Below are positions 37,771-47,819 of a stretch of 64,000 nt of DNA, one piece after another. Made by a program: the position numbers and the translations under genes. Below the pieces are notes generated by a model, which was not told the DNA's origin, searched no databases, and saw only the letters and a list, made by a program, of their open reading frames with translations. The DNA lies in contig CBDFJQ010000002.1 in the NCBI GenBank assembly GCA_965248575.1, positions 128,001-192,000 of the forward strand. The letters are read 5' to 3'. The stretch comes from Planctomycetota bacterium (GTDB taxonomy: Bacteria > Planctomycetota > B15-G4). The stretch's first letter is position 1. Every line of letters starts with the position of its first letter.

Positions 37771-39225
37771 ATGAGCCAGGCAGGAGCAGGCAAGTCCGCA
37801 GATGTGGTGGTCATTGGCGCAGGGCCGGGCGGATACGTCGCGGCCATTCGCCTGGCGCAGCTGGGCAAGCAGGTCATCGTGATCGACCGTGAGCGCATCG
37901 GCGGGGTCTGCCTCAACTGGGGCTGCATTCCGTCCAAGGCCATGATCGCCGCGAGCTCGCTGGTCGAGAACATCCAGAAGGCCGACACCATGGGCATCAA
38001 GGTGGAAGGCGTGACGGTGGACATGGGCAAGATGAAGGCCTGGAAGGACAGCATCGTGAACCGCCTTACGGGCGGAATCGGCGAGCTGTTCAAGCGCAAC
38101 GGCATCGAGACGGTGGCGGGTGACGCCAGCTTCGTCGACGCCCACACCATCAAGGTGTCCACGTCGAAGGGTGATCTGTTGGTGAAGGGCAAGCAGGTCC
38201 TCGTGGCGACGGGCGCGAGCGTTGTCCAGCTGCCGCACATGCCCATCGACGGCAAGCGTTTCCTGTCAGCAAAGGAAGCCCTCGACCTGACCGAGCCTCC
38301 CAAGGAGTTCCTCGTCATCGGCGGCGGCATCGTGGGCTGCGAGATCGGCACCTACATGGCCAAGCTTGGAAGCCATGTGACCATCGTCGAGATGATGGAC
38401 GGCCTGCTGGCAGGAACCGACCCCGAGCTGACCAAGGTCGTTCAACGCAACATGAAGAAGCGCAAGATGACCGTGCTCACCGGCAGCAAGGTCACCGGCG
38501 TAGCCAAGGACGGGACCGCGACGATCGAAACGCCCAAGGGCGTCAAGACCGTCAAGGCTGACAAGGTGCTGGTGGCCGTGGGGTTCCGACCCAACACCGC
38601 GAATCTGGGCTGCGAGAAGGCCGGCGTGAAACTGGACGATCGCGGGCATGTGATCGCTGACGATCAGCTGCGCACCAGTCACCCGGACGTGTTCGCCATC
38701 GGGGATGTCATCGGCCCGCCCTATCTGGCTCACAAGGCCAGCAAGGAGGGCATGGTCTGCGCGGAGGTGATGTCGGGCATGAACGTGAGCTTGGACGTGA
38801 AGGCCATGCCGGCCGCCATCTTCACGGACCCTGAGATCGCCACGGTCGGCTTGACGGAAGCAGAGGCGGAAGCCGCCGGACACAAGGTGAAGAGCGGGAG
38901 TTTCCCGTTTGGAGCCAACGGTCGGGCGCTGGCCGCCAACCACTCCGATGGCTTCGTGAAGTTCGTGGCCGACGCGGACGACGACACGCTCCTGGGTGTG
39001 CACGTGGTGGGTCATGAGGCGAGCAACCTGATTGCTGAGGCCGCCTTGTGCATCGAGATGGGTGGCACGGTGGCGGACGTCGGCTTGACCGTGCACCCGC
39101 ACCCGACGCTCTCCGAGACCTTCATGGAGGCCGCGCACGTCGTCGAGGGACACGCCATCCACATCTTCGTGCCCCCGGCCAAGACCAGCGGCGGCAGCTC
39201 GAAGGCTGCCGCGGCGGCACGCTGA
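37771..39225 (+). CDS. lpdA: Dihydrolipoyl dehydrogenase E3
   Basis: GAGPGGYVAA, GGVCLNWGCIPSK, HPHPTLSE. Confidence 0.97.
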   Translation: MSQAGAGKSADVVVIGAGPGGYVAAIRLAQLGKQVIVIDRERIGGVCLNWGCIPSKAMIAASSLVENIQKADTMGIKVEGVTVDMGKMKAWKDSIVNRLTGGIGELFKRNGIETVAGDASFVDAHTIKVSTSKGDLLVKGKQVLVATGASVVQLPHMPIDGKRFLSAKEALDLTEPPKEFLVIGGGIVGCEIGTYMAKLGSHVTIVEMMDGLLAGTDPELTKVVQRNMKKRKMTVLTGSKVTGVAKDGTATIETPKGVKTVKADKVLVAVGFRPNTANLGCEKAGVKLDDRGHVIADDQLRTSHPDVFAIGDVIGPPYLAHKASKEGMVCAEVMSGMNVSLDVKAMPAAIFTDPEIATVGLTEAEAEAAGHKVKSGSFPFGANGRALAANHSDGFVKFVADADDDTLLGVHVVGHEASNLIAEAALCIEMGGTVADVGLTVHPHPTLSETFMEAAHVVEGHAIHIFVPPAKTSGGSSKAAAAAR

Positions 39226-39231
39226 GCGACG

Positions 39232-39918
39232 ATGAGCTGCGCGGAGGCTACAGGGGCGGGGCGGCGACCGGCCGCAGCCCCATGGTCCGTGCAGGATCTC
39301 GGACGCATCGCATATCGGGACGCGTGGGAGCAGCAGAAACGTCTCGTGGCCGATCGCTTCGCCGGCGCTACCGGCGACACCTTGCTGGTGTGCGAACACG
39401 ACCCAGTCGTCACCACCGGGCGCGGGACCCCTGAGGATGCCGTGCTCGACGAGCGCTTTCCCGTCGAGGCGGTGGAGCGCGGTGGGGAGGCCACCTATCA
39501 CGGCCCCGGGCAAGTGGTGGTCTATCCGGTGGTGTTCCTGGCCGAGGGGAAACGCGACCTCCACCGTTGGCTACGCGCCCTCGAGCAGGCCTGCGTGGAG
39601 ACCCTGGGCGGCTTTGGCCTGTCGTGTGGGGCTCGCGAGGGGGCAACAGGGGTCTGGGTCGATGGAGAGCGCAAGATCGTCTCGATTGGCGTTGCTGCCC
39701 AGCGATGGGTCAGCTGGCATGGCCTGGCACTCAACCACGAGACGGATCTGGAGCACTTCCAGGTGATCCGCCCCTGTGGATTCGACGCGGCGGTGATGAC
39801 GTCCATGGCGGCGGAGCTGGGCGCGCGCTGCCCCGATCGAAGCGAGCTCCTGGCTGCCTTGATCCCGGAGCTGCAACGACAGCTGTCCGTGTTCCAGCAA
39901 CCGGAGGAGAGCTTGTGA
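39232..39918 (+). CDS. lipB: Lipoyl(octanoyl) transferase
   Basis: EHDPVVTTG, RGGEATYHGPGQ, KIVSIG, HGLALN, PCG. Confidence 0.94.
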   Translation: MSCAEATGAGRRPAAAPWSVQDLGRIAYRDAWEQQKRLVADRFAGATGDTLLVCEHDPVVTTGRGTPEDAVLDERFPVEAVERGGEATYHGPGQVVVYPVVFLAEGKRDLHRWLRALEQACVETLGGFGLSCGAREGATGVWVDGERKIVSIGVAAQRWVSWHGLALNHETDLEHFQVIRPCGFDAAVMTSMAAELGARCPDRSELLAALIPELQRQLSVFQQPEESL

Positions 39919-40823
39919 CGGATGCCAGTGAGGGAGCATCGGGACAAACGCCCGATCGAGAGCCCGAGCGGGGGGAGCAGCAGCTCGCCTGGGCCGATCG
40001 GGATCATGCAGCTCTCGCCGCCGAGCTCGGTGGAGATCGGGCCGCTTCGGAGCCGGAAGCCACTCGAGGTCTCGCCCAGCTGCTTGGAATCGTCTGGCGA
40101 CTTCGCGACCCCGACGGTTGCCCGTGGGACCGGAAGCAGAGCCTCGAGAGCATGGCGAAGAACCTCGTGGAAGAGGCCTATGAAGCGGTCGAGGCCATCG
40201 CTGCAGGGGACGATGCACACATCGCCGAGGAGCTGGGCGACGTGCTCATGAATGTGTTGCTCATGACGCGCATCGGCGTCCAGGAGCAGCGCTTCGCCAC
40301 AGGGGACGTGGCGGGAGGCATCGCCGAGAAGTTGGTGCGTCGTCATCCCCATGTGTTCGGTGACGGCGCGGCGGCGGATGCCGACGAGGCCCTCGTCTCC
40401 TGGAACGACAGCAAGGCCCTGGAGAAAACGGCTCAGGATGACGGCGTGTTGGGGGAGGTTTCCAGTGGATTGCCGCCCCTGCTCGCGGCCCGCAAGCTGG
40501 GATCGAAAGCCGCGGAGACCGGTTTCGACTGGCCCAGCGTCGGCGGTGCCCTGGACAAGCTGAAGGAAGAGGTCGTCGAGCTCGATGAGGCCTTGGCCGC
40601 AGACGACAAGGCGAACATCGAAGCCGAGTTGGGAGATGTGTTGTTCTCCGCGGTGAATGTGGCCCGCAAGGCGAAGGTGGACCCCGAGCTGGCCTTGCGT
40701 CGGACCCTGGCCAAGTTCCGGCGCCGCTTCCGGGCGGTTGAGTTGGAACTCGGTGATGACCTCGCGAACTCATCCCTGGATGAGATGGAACGCATTTGGC
40801 GCCGAGCCGCCGACGGCGAATGA
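39915..40823 (+). CDS. mazG: Nucleoside triphosphate pyrophosphohydrolase MazG
   Basis: GCPWDRKQ, EEAYE, EELGD, KLVRRHPHVF, GFDW; GTG overlaps the lipB stop. Confidence 0.93.
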   Translation: MTDASEGASGQTPDREPERGEQQLAWADRDHAALAAELGGDRAASEPEATRGLAQLLGIVWRLRDPDGCPWDRKQSLESMAKNLVEEAYEAVEAIAAGDDAHIAEELGDVLMNVLLMTRIGVQEQRFATGDVAGGIAEKLVRRHPHVFGDGAAADADEALVSWNDSKALEKTAQDDGVLGEVSSGLPPLLAARKLGSKAAETGFDWPSVGGALDKLKEEVVELDEALAADDKANIEAELGDVLFSAVNVARKAKVDPELALRRTLAKFRRRFRAVELELGDDLANSSLDEMERIWRRAADGE

Positions 40824-40844
40824 GTGCCTGATAGGATGACGTTC

Positions 40845-41588
40845 ATGCCTGAGTCCCCTTGGTACGTCGAAGCTTTTCGCGCCGACTACCTCGACGTCTA
40901 CAAGCACCGCGACGACGCGGCTGCCACGCGCGAAGTGCGGGGGGCCCTCTCGCTCCTGCGTCACGATCGCGAGCAGGGGCGCTTGCTGGATCTAGCGTCG
41001 GGTGCCGGGCGTCACTCCATCGCGTTCAAGGCAGAGGGCTGCGACATCACCTGCCTCGATCTCTCCGAAGACCTCACCCAAGCCTGCGCGGCTCGCGGCT
41101 TGCGAACCCTGCGTGCCGACATGCTGGCATTGCCGTTGCGCGATTGGTCCTTCGACTCCGTGGCCTGCATGTTCTCGTCCTTCGGGTACTTCGCCGAAGA
41201 GGAGCGGCATGCCCAGTGCCTGCAGGAAATGGCCCGGGTGTTGGTGCCGGGGGGCCGCATTCTGTTGGACCTGATGGACCCGGACACCATCCGCCAGCAC
41301 CTCGTGCCCCAGAGCGTGGACATGGTGAATGAGGCGGTGGTGGAGATTGAGCGGAGCATGACCGCTGATGGGCGGAGGGTGGAGAAGTCGATCCACTACA
41401 CCCGCAAGGATTGCCGAGCGCGGAGCTGGCACGAGTCGGTGCGCCTGTTCAGCACCGAAGAGATCGCAGCGCTGGCCAAGGGCGCGGGCTTGGACCATGA
41501 GCGGGCGGTGGGTGACTACGATGGCAGCGCCTATCAGCCGGGTGAGACCCGACGCTTGGTGGTGATGCGAAAACCCCCAGCCTCTTGA
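40845..41588 (+). CDS. Class I SAM-dependent methyltransferase
   Basis: LLDLASGAGRH, CLDLS, FSSFGYF, LVPGG. Confidence 0.9.
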   Translation: MPESPWYVEAFRADYLDVYKHRDDAAATREVRGALSLLRHDREQGRLLDLASGAGRHSIAFKAEGCDITCLDLSEDLTQACAARGLRTLRADMLALPLRDWSFDSVACMFSSFGYFAEEERHAQCLQEMARVLVPGGRILLDLMDPDTIRQHLVPQSVDMVNEAVVEIERSMTADGRRVEKSIHYTRKDCRARSWHESVRLFSTEEIAALAKGAGLDHERAVGDYDGSAYQPGETRRLVVMRKPPAS

Positions 41589-41598
41589 GTCCTCGAGC

Positions 41599-42441
41599 AT
41601 GACCACTGAGATCAGTGTCCACTCATCCAAGCTGCTTTGCGAAGACGGCTTGAGCATGGCTGTGGATGTGTATGCCCCAACGCACGCGACGGTCGCCCTG
41701 CCGACTGCCATCCTGTGTCACGGATTCAAGGGCTTCCGCAAGTGGGGCATGTTCCCGCGCCTGGCCGAACGCTTGGCCAGGACGGGGCGAAGCATGGTGC
41801 TCTTCGATTTCAGCCACAACGGTACTGAGACGGATCCGGAGCAGTTCACGCGGCTGGATCTCTTCGAGCAGCAGACCGTCACGCGCCATGTCCAGGACCT
41901 GGGCCGTGTGTTGGAAGCCATGGAAGCCGGAGAGCTGACGGGTGCGGAGACCGTCGTCGACCCGACCAATGTCTTCGTGGTGGGCCATAGCATGGGGGGC
42001 GGCGTCGGCCTGATGCGCGCTGCATCGGACAGGCGCCTGTCGGGCTTGGCATGTCTCAACGCCGTCTCGCATTTCAACCGGGTTCCAGAGGAAGGGTTGG
42101 CTGAGTTGGAGCAGGCTGGGCGCGTGTCGATCCCCAACACACGTACGGGGCAAGTCATGCACCTGGGACGAGCCTGGTTCGATGACATCGCGGAGATTGA
42201 CCTCCAAGCCATCGCCGAGGAGGTGCCCGTGCCGACCTTGGTCTTGCAAGGGGACGCCGACACGAATGTGTCCCCGGCTGAGGGAGAGGCGCTCGCCGAC
42301 TGGATTCCCGGGAATGTGCTGTTCAGCGTGCCGGGCGGCGACCACACTTTCGGTGCGAAGCACCCTTGGGCCGGTTGGACACCTAGCCTTGAGATGGTGA
42401 ACGAGCAACTGGACGCCTTCCTCCCCTGCGACGAGGTCTGA
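41599..42441 (+). CDS. Alpha/beta hydrolase
   Basis: CHGFKG, GHSMGG, GDAD, DHTF. Confidence 0.9.
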   Translation: MTTEISVHSSKLLCEDGLSMAVDVYAPTHATVALPTAILCHGFKGFRKWGMFPRLAERLARTGRSMVLFDFSHNGTETDPEQFTRLDLFEQQTVTRHVQDLGRVLEAMEAGELTGAETVVDPTNVFVVGHSMGGGVGLMRAASDRRLSGLACLNAVSHFNRVPEEGLAELEQAGRVSIPNTRTGQVMHLGRAWFDDIAEIDLQAIAEEVPVPTLVLQGDADTNVSPAEGEALADWIPGNVLFSVPGGDHTFGAKHPWAGWTPSLEMVNEQLDAFLPCDEV

Positions 42442-42448
42442 CCGGACC

Positions 42449-43375
42449 GTGGAACCAGCCAGCGAAAGGGAACCCTCCGGCACGCCCTCCGCGCCCCTTC
42501 CTGGGCGCGCGGCGGCAACCGCTCCGGATATCCCCGCTTCTCCGGCACAGATGCAGGCCATGCTGTCCTTGCTCAGTGACGACTCGCAGAAGGTCGTGGG
42601 GGGCTGTGCGGAGGCCTTGGCCAGGCAGGGTGATCGGGCGGAATCTCTGCTTGAGCAGCGTTTGCCCCTCGCGCTAGGTCGCGAGGCCCGACGCATCCGC
42701 TCGATCCTGGCGCGGGTGCGCTACCCCGCGGCCGAGGAGCAGCTGCTGGCCTGTCTGACGGGCTCTCCGAAGTTGGAGCGCGGGGCGCTGCTGTTGGCGC
42801 GCCTGGTGGATGGTGGGCCCGAGGTGGATGAGGCTGGCGCCGTGCTCGACCACATGGCGGAGCGGGCCGACGAGCTGCTCATGGACGACTCAGACCCCCA
42901 GCGGCAACTGGGCGTCCTGCGGCGCGTGCTGACGGAGGAGTATGCGCTGAAGGGCTCAGACCCCGGTGCCAGTCGTCCGATCGATGCGCTCCTGCACGGT
43001 GTGACGTCCAATCGTCGGGGCATGCCCATGCCGCTGTGCATCACCTGGCTGTTGGTGGCGCGTCGGCTCAGGATTCCGCTCGTGGGTGTAAACATGCCGG
43101 GGCACTTCCTGATGCGTCTGGATGTGTCCGACAAACTGCTCGTGCTGGATGCGTACAGCGGCGGTCGGGTGGTGGATCAGCGCACCTGGCAGAGGCATCT
43201 CAAGTCCCACAACCTCACGGGCAAATCGATCTCGGACCTGGATGCTGACGATCGCGAGATGTTGTTGCGCAGCTTGCGTAACCTGGTGCATCTCTCTGCC
43301 TCGGACCATGACCGGGCGTTGGCCTTGCGCTGCACCCGGGTGCTGGCGCTGGAGTCCCAGGCGAGAACGGTCTGA
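42449..43375 (+). CDS. SirB1/transglutaminase-like domain protein
   Basis: RRGMPMPL, GVNMPGHFL, LDAYSGG, LLRSLRNL. Confidence 0.8.
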   Translation: MEPASEREPSGTPSAPLPGRAAATAPDIPASPAQMQAMLSLLSDDSQKVVGGCAEALARQGDRAESLLEQRLPLALGREARRIRSILARVRYPAAEEQLLACLTGSPKLERGALLLARLVDGGPEVDEAGAVLDHMAERADELLMDDSDPQRQLGVLRRVLTEEYALKGSDPGASRPIDALLHGVTSNRRGMPMPLCITWLLVARRLRIPLVGVNMPGHFLMRLDVSDKLLVLDAYSGGRVVDQRTWQRHLKSHNLTGKSISDLDADDREMLLRSLRNLVHLSASDHDRALALRCTRVLALESQARTV

Positions 43376-43383
43376 GGGTCGCC

Positions 43384-44277
43384 CTAGCGCTGGCCGCTTG
43401 CGGACTGCGCTTCGATGAGGGCGGCGAGGGCTGTTCTGTCGAGCCCCTGTTCTGCCAAGGCGATCGCGCGCAACTCCTGGGCGATGCGTTGCAGTTCGAG
43501 CGAACCCTCGGCAGCTTCCTGCTCGCCGGTCTTGGGTTTTGCGAGGGTCTCGAAGATCGACTGCGCTTCGGCGTGCAGCCCGAGGTGCAGGGCCACCAAG
43601 CCCGAGAGCAGGCGACCGGACGCCTCGTCAGGGGCGAGGTCGTGCGCCGTGCGCATGGCGCGCCCATGGGCCTCGGCGCGGGGCGTGGGCAGCAGCTCGA
43701 AGCGCGCGATGGCCTTCATCTCACCGCTCGCTACCTCGCTGAGTGTCATGACGAAGGCGGTGCCTGGAATCCAAGAGACTCCCGGTTGGATCTCCTGTTG
43801 GCCGACGGCGATAGCCAGCTGGGCCACCGGCAGGTCGAGGTCCTGGTTCTGGATGTCCAGGCTCAGGGCCTTGGTGGCGGGCTCGCGCAGGCGGATCGTC
43901 GTGGGCGCGTGCCGGAAGCTGTCCAGGGGCCAGGCGATGGTGGGGTAGTCGAAGCTCTCTGCGGGGTCGCTGGCGACGGCTTCCATGAGTGTCTTGCGAT
44001 ACAGCTCCCGCGCGCCAAGGGGCCACCAGCGGGTTTGGGAGATGTCCGCCGGCAGCTGCTCCCGTGGTGTCGTGCTGAGCCGTTGCAGAGCGGCCTCCAC
44101 ATCGCCGCGCCCCAGCTCGTCGCGCAGGGCGTCGGGGTCGAACTCGCGGCCAAAGATCACGAAGACCGTCACCAGGAACAGCAGCGGGACGATCCAGGGC
44201 CTCAGCTTGCCGAGCGGTGAGGAGGAGTTGGGGGCGCTGGGTGTCTTCACGACGTCTTCCAGGTTGGGCCGAGCCAA
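43384..44277 (-). CDS. Hypothetical membrane-anchored protein
   Basis: N-terminal TM (WIVPLLFLVTVFVIF); operonic with upstream genes. Confidence 0.6.
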   Translation of the reverse strand: MARPNLEDVVKTPSAPNSSSPLGKLRPWIVPLLFLVTVFVIFGREFDPDALRDELGRGDVEAALQRLSTTPREQLPADISQTRWWPLGARELYRKTLMEAVASDPAESFDYPTIAWPLDSFRHAPTTIRLREPATKALSLDIQNQDLDLPVAQLAIAVGQQEIQPGVSWIPGTAFVMTLSEVASGEMKAIARFELLPTPRAEAHGRAMRTAHDLAPDEASGRLLSGLVALHLGLHAEAQSIFETLAKPKTGEQEAAEGSLELQRIAQELRAIALAEQGLDRTALAALIEAQSASGQR

Positions 44278-44320
44278 TCAGAGAGGGCGAGCCGCTCGCC
44301 GAGCGAACGACACTCACACG

Positions 44321-45190
44321 CTAGCAGCTGCCACTGAGCGATGGAGCCATGGTTCTCAGGGTCTGTTCGGTTCCGCCGCAGCATGCGCCGACGAAGGGGA
44401 CGCCGGCCGCCGAGGCACGCCGGGCAAACTCCGCCATGGCCGAGTTGTCGACACTGTGCGGCGGGACGCCCGCGGAAGGTTTGAGCCAGGCCAGATGCGG
44501 CAGCTTGGCCGCCAGGGCGAGCACGTCTTCGGGTCCACGACAGCAGTTGAGGCCGGCTTCGATGGGAGCCCTGGCCGGTGTGGCACGCCGAACCGTCTCG
44601 ACTACCTGCCGAACACGCTCGGCATCTCCGGGGCTGCCGTCCGTGCTGCTGGCGCAGACGACGAGCGGGAGAGCAGGGTTGAGCTCCTCCTCCAGCTCCC
44701 CCTCGAGCCACCGGTGGAGCTCCAAGCCGGCCTGCGCGTCCTGCGGGCTGTTGCAGGTTTCGAAGACCAGCAGGTCGATACCGGCAGTCGTCAGGGTTCG
44801 CAGCACCGTCTTGGCCGCTGCGATGTTGCCTGCCAACCCGTAGGCGGCCAGGCAGCCTGCGACGAGGGTGCGCTGCGAGGACAGTTGCGCGACTCCGCGG
44901 GCCAGGCGAACCGCTGCCGCCACGGCGGGTGAGGGGTCGCGACCGGGGTGCTCCAGGGCAGCGAAGGTGTTGCTACACAGGATGCGCGCGCCGGCCTGGG
45001 CATGGGCCCGGTGCACGGCCTCGACCAGGCCAGGCGCTTCGAGGTTGGCGCACAGCGTCGGTCGGTCGCTGGGCCAGCCTGCGGCGCGCAGCCCTGTGCC
45101 CATGGCGGCATCCAGGAGCAGGCTTCTCGGCGCGGCCGGTGTCTCCCGCTGGAATTCGTCGGGGAACAGGTGCTGCGCCAGGCTTGTCAT
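44321..45190 (-). CDS. Homocysteine S-methyltransferase family protein (stand-alone)
   Basis: LLDAAMGT, AGARILCSNTF, FET, GLNC and GACCG Zn ligands. Confidence 0.85.
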   Translation of the reverse strand: MTSLAQHLFPDEFQRETPAAPRSLLLDAAMGTGLRAAGWPSDRPTLCANLEAPGLVEAVHRAHAQAGARILCSNTFAALEHPGRDPSPAVAAAVRLARGVAQLSSQRTLVAGCLAAYGLAGNIAAAKTVLRTLTTAGIDLLVFETCNSPQDAQAGLELHRWLEGELEEELNPALPLVVCASSTDGSPGDAERVRQVVETVRRATPARAPIEAGLNCCRGPEDVLALAAKLPHLAWLKPSAGVPPHSVDNSAMAEFARRASAAGVPFVGACCGGTEQTLRTMAPSLSGSC

Positions 45191-47709
45191 TCCACTCCGG
45201 CTTCGAGCACATCGAGAGCATCGCGCAGCGCGCTGTGGACGAAGCCGTAACCCTCCAGGTCCATGCGTGCGTTGAGGTGGCGGCGTGCGCGGGAGTCGCC
45301 GCGCGCACCCAGCGCCCGGGCTGCCGCCAGTCGCACGTGATAGCTCTCGTCATGAAGTGAGCTGCAGAGTTGCTGGAAGACACGCTCCCCATGGGGGGCC
45401 TGCCAGAGGGCGAGCGCGTCCACGGCGGCTGTGCGCACCCAACGCTGAGGGTGGGTGCGCGCCACGCGGATCAGGAACGGCAGCACATCGTCACGGCCCA
45501 TGCTCGCGGCGAGGCTCACGAGGTCCCGCTGGAAGCGGATCCTGTACGGCCCGCTGCTCTCGAACACCCGGGTGAGCGTGCGGTAGGCGCCGGGATCTTG
45601 CAGCTCCACAAGCGCGGTGATGGCGGCCAGCGCCGCGAGGCTGTAGCTGTCGTCCACCGCCCTGCGGAGCAGCAGGATCCCGGCGTCGCCAGGGGCCGCA
45701 GCGAGCACGCGGATGGCAGCCTCACGCACACGGGGGTCGTCGTCCATGACGAGTTCACCGATCGCCAGGCTCTGCGGCGCCGCTGGTGTTGCAGCAAAGG
45801 CCGCGAGGGCGTCCAGGGCGCGCACGCGCACGTCCGGGAAGCTGTCGCGCAGGGCGGCATGGCGCAGGGCGGCCAGCGCGGTGTCATCGAGTGCCGGTGC
45901 TTCGGCGTCTGGCCCCACGGCCCAGCGGTCGCCGGCGAACCACTCGGCGGCAAGCAAACGCGCCATGGGATGCTGGGCCTGTTTGAGCTGTCGAGCCCAG
46001 GCGCCCGCAGGTTGGGCCAGCGTGATGCGCCCGGGCAGCGCGCTGCTGCTGTCCACGTGCACCCAATCCAGGAGCCCATCAGATGGCTCTGCTGAGCCCT
46101 CTGATGAGCCCAGGGCCAGGCGCGCCGTGGCGCCTTCGAGGGCCACGCGCTCCGTTTGCTCGAGCCCGTTGCGAGACCAGCTGACTTCCAGGTTCGCGTG
46201 GAAGACGCTCGGCCAATCCGCGCGCAGGGCCAACTGCTCGAGGTGCAGGGTGTCAGCCCCGTCGGTTCCCGTTTCGATGTGTGCGGCGATGTTCGGGTAG
46301 CCGGGGCTGTGCAACCACTCATCGAAAAACTGTTGGAGGTCGCGGCCACTGGCTTCCTCCATGGCCCGCTGGAAGTCTTCGGTGGTGACGATCTCGCCTT
46401 GATGTCGGCCCACGTAGGCGCGCAAGCCGCTCAGGAAGACGGTCTCGCCCAGCTGGTCTCGCAACAGGTGCAGGCGTGCAGCCCCGCCCTCGTAGGCGTG
46501 CTCATCAAAGGTCTCGTCCGGGTCCGTGAACCCATCCCAGACGATGGGGTGGGACTCAACCCACTCGCGAGCCATGGCGGCCTGTTGCCAATCCCGAAGG
46601 GTGGCCGACAGACGGGCTGGACCTTCTCGCTCAGCCATGTAGAGGGCTTCGCAGTAGTTTGCGAAACCCTCGTTGAGCCAGATCTCCTGCCAGCCGTTTC
46701 CGCAGAGCAGATCGCCAAACCACTGGTGGGCAGCCTCGTGTGCCAGGAGATCCGTGAGATCGAGATAGGGTTCGTCGCTGGGGTCGTGCAGGCCCTCGTC
46801 GTAGAGCGTGGTGGCGGAGACGTTCTCCATGCCGCCCGCAGTGAAGTCGTGCACGAAGGTCTGGGCGTACTTGGAGTAGGGGTAGGGCACACCTGTCAGC
46901 TCACCCAGGAACTCCAGCATGTCCGCGGTGTGCCGGGAGTTCTCCAGGGCAAGGGCGAGGTCGGCAGGGTCCGCCAGGACGGGCAAGGGCACCTCGCCGC
47001 CCGGCAACTGCCCCTCGGCGAACCCGCCGGCGAGGAAGGTGATCAGGTAGCTGACGTGCGGGCGGTCGCTGCTCCACGTCTCCGTACGCTGACCCGTGCG
47101 CTTGGACAGGTAACTGTCCAACAGGGTCCCCGCACCCATGCTCGTGAGCGAGGCGTCCAGGCTGACGGTGAGTTCGTGGGTGGCCATCTCGTTGGGGATG
47201 TCCCAGACCGGCATCCAGTGTCGCGTGTCCTCAGACTGGCCTTGGGTCCAGACGTGCCAGGGCCGTTCAGGTGCCTTCGCGGTCGGGGGGACGAAGATCA
47301 GGCCCCGTTGTGGAAAGCAGCTCCAGCTGAGGCGGACGACGGCCTCGACTCCTGGCAGGGCCGGGCGTTCCAACTCGATGACGAGGGTGTCGTCGACGGC
47401 TTCAAGCTGCAGCACGTGCCCGTCGCCGTTCCATGCGCCGGAGATGTCCAGGTCGACGGCGTCCAACACGAGCTGGCTCGTGCTCGCATCGGGAAGACCG
47501 CGATAGTGGATCTCTACGCTGCCGTCGAGATAACCGGCTTCGTGGTCGATGCTCACATCGATGTCGTAGTGGACGATGTCCACCATGGGTTCGCGCCAGA
47601 CCACGGGTTGGACCCTGCGAAGCCCGGGACTGCTGCAGCCTGAGAGAGCGAAGAGGGTGACGACCCAGAGTGCAGGGGCGATCGTGCGGCGGAGCGGGGT
47701 CCGGAGCAT
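45187..47709 (-). CDS. M1-family aminopeptidase with HEAT repeats, lipoprotein
   Basis: LSGC lipobox; GGMEN; HEAAH...WLNEG; C-terminal VRxAA repeats. Confidence 0.92.
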   Translation of the reverse strand: MLRTPLRRTIAPALWVVTLFALSGCSSPGLRRVQPVVWREPMVDIVHYDIDVSIDHEAGYLDGSVEIHYRGLPDASTSQLVLDAVDLDISGAWNGDGHVLQLEAVDDTLVIELERPALPGVEAVVRLSWSCFPQRGLIFVPPTAKAPERPWHVWTQGQSEDTRHWMPVWDIPNEMATHELTVSLDASLTSMGAGTLLDSYLSKRTGQRTETWSSDRPHVSYLITFLAGGFAEGQLPGGEVPLPVLADPADLALALENSRHTADMLEFLGELTGVPYPYSKYAQTFVHDFTAGGMENVSATTLYDEGLHDPSDEPYLDLTDLLAHEAAHQWFGDLLCGNGWQEIWLNEGFANYCEALYMAEREGPARLSATLRDWQQAAMAREWVESHPIVWDGFTDPDETFDEHAYEGGAARLHLLRDQLGETVFLSGLRAYVGRHQGEIVTTEDFQRAMEEASGRDLQQFFDEWLHSPGYPNIAAHIETGTDGADTLHLEQLALRADWPSVFHANLEVSWSRNGLEQTERVALEGATARLALGSSEGSAEPSDGLLDWVHVDSSSALPGRITLAQPAGAWARQLKQAQHPMARLLAAEWFAGDRWAVGPDAEAPALDDTALAALRHAALRDSFPDVRVRALDALAAFAATPAAPQSLAIGELVMDDDPRVREAAIRVLAAAPGDAGILLLRRAVDDSYSLAALAAITALVELQDPGAYRTLTRVFESSGPYRIRFQRDLVSLAASMGRDDVLPFLIRVARTHPQRWVRTAAVDALALWQAPHGERVFQQLCSSLHDESYHVRLAAARALGARGDSRARRHLNARMDLEGYGFVHSALRDALDVLEAGVE

Positions 47710-47819
47710 GGTGGCGGGGCTCGACAAGCTAAGAGGAGAGGGCTCAGCGAGGCCTGGGTCGCGCACGCTGCATGACAGGGTGGGACCGGGAGTGCCCGCA
47801 GCGCCCTGTGGCCGCAGCC

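Noticed and set aside
40821..40826. mazG UGA followed immediately by an in-frame GTG ORF (possible read-through or Sec)
   Set aside because: MazG is complete, there is no Cys-type motif at the UGA, and the methyltransferase has its own ATG and RBS at 40836/40845
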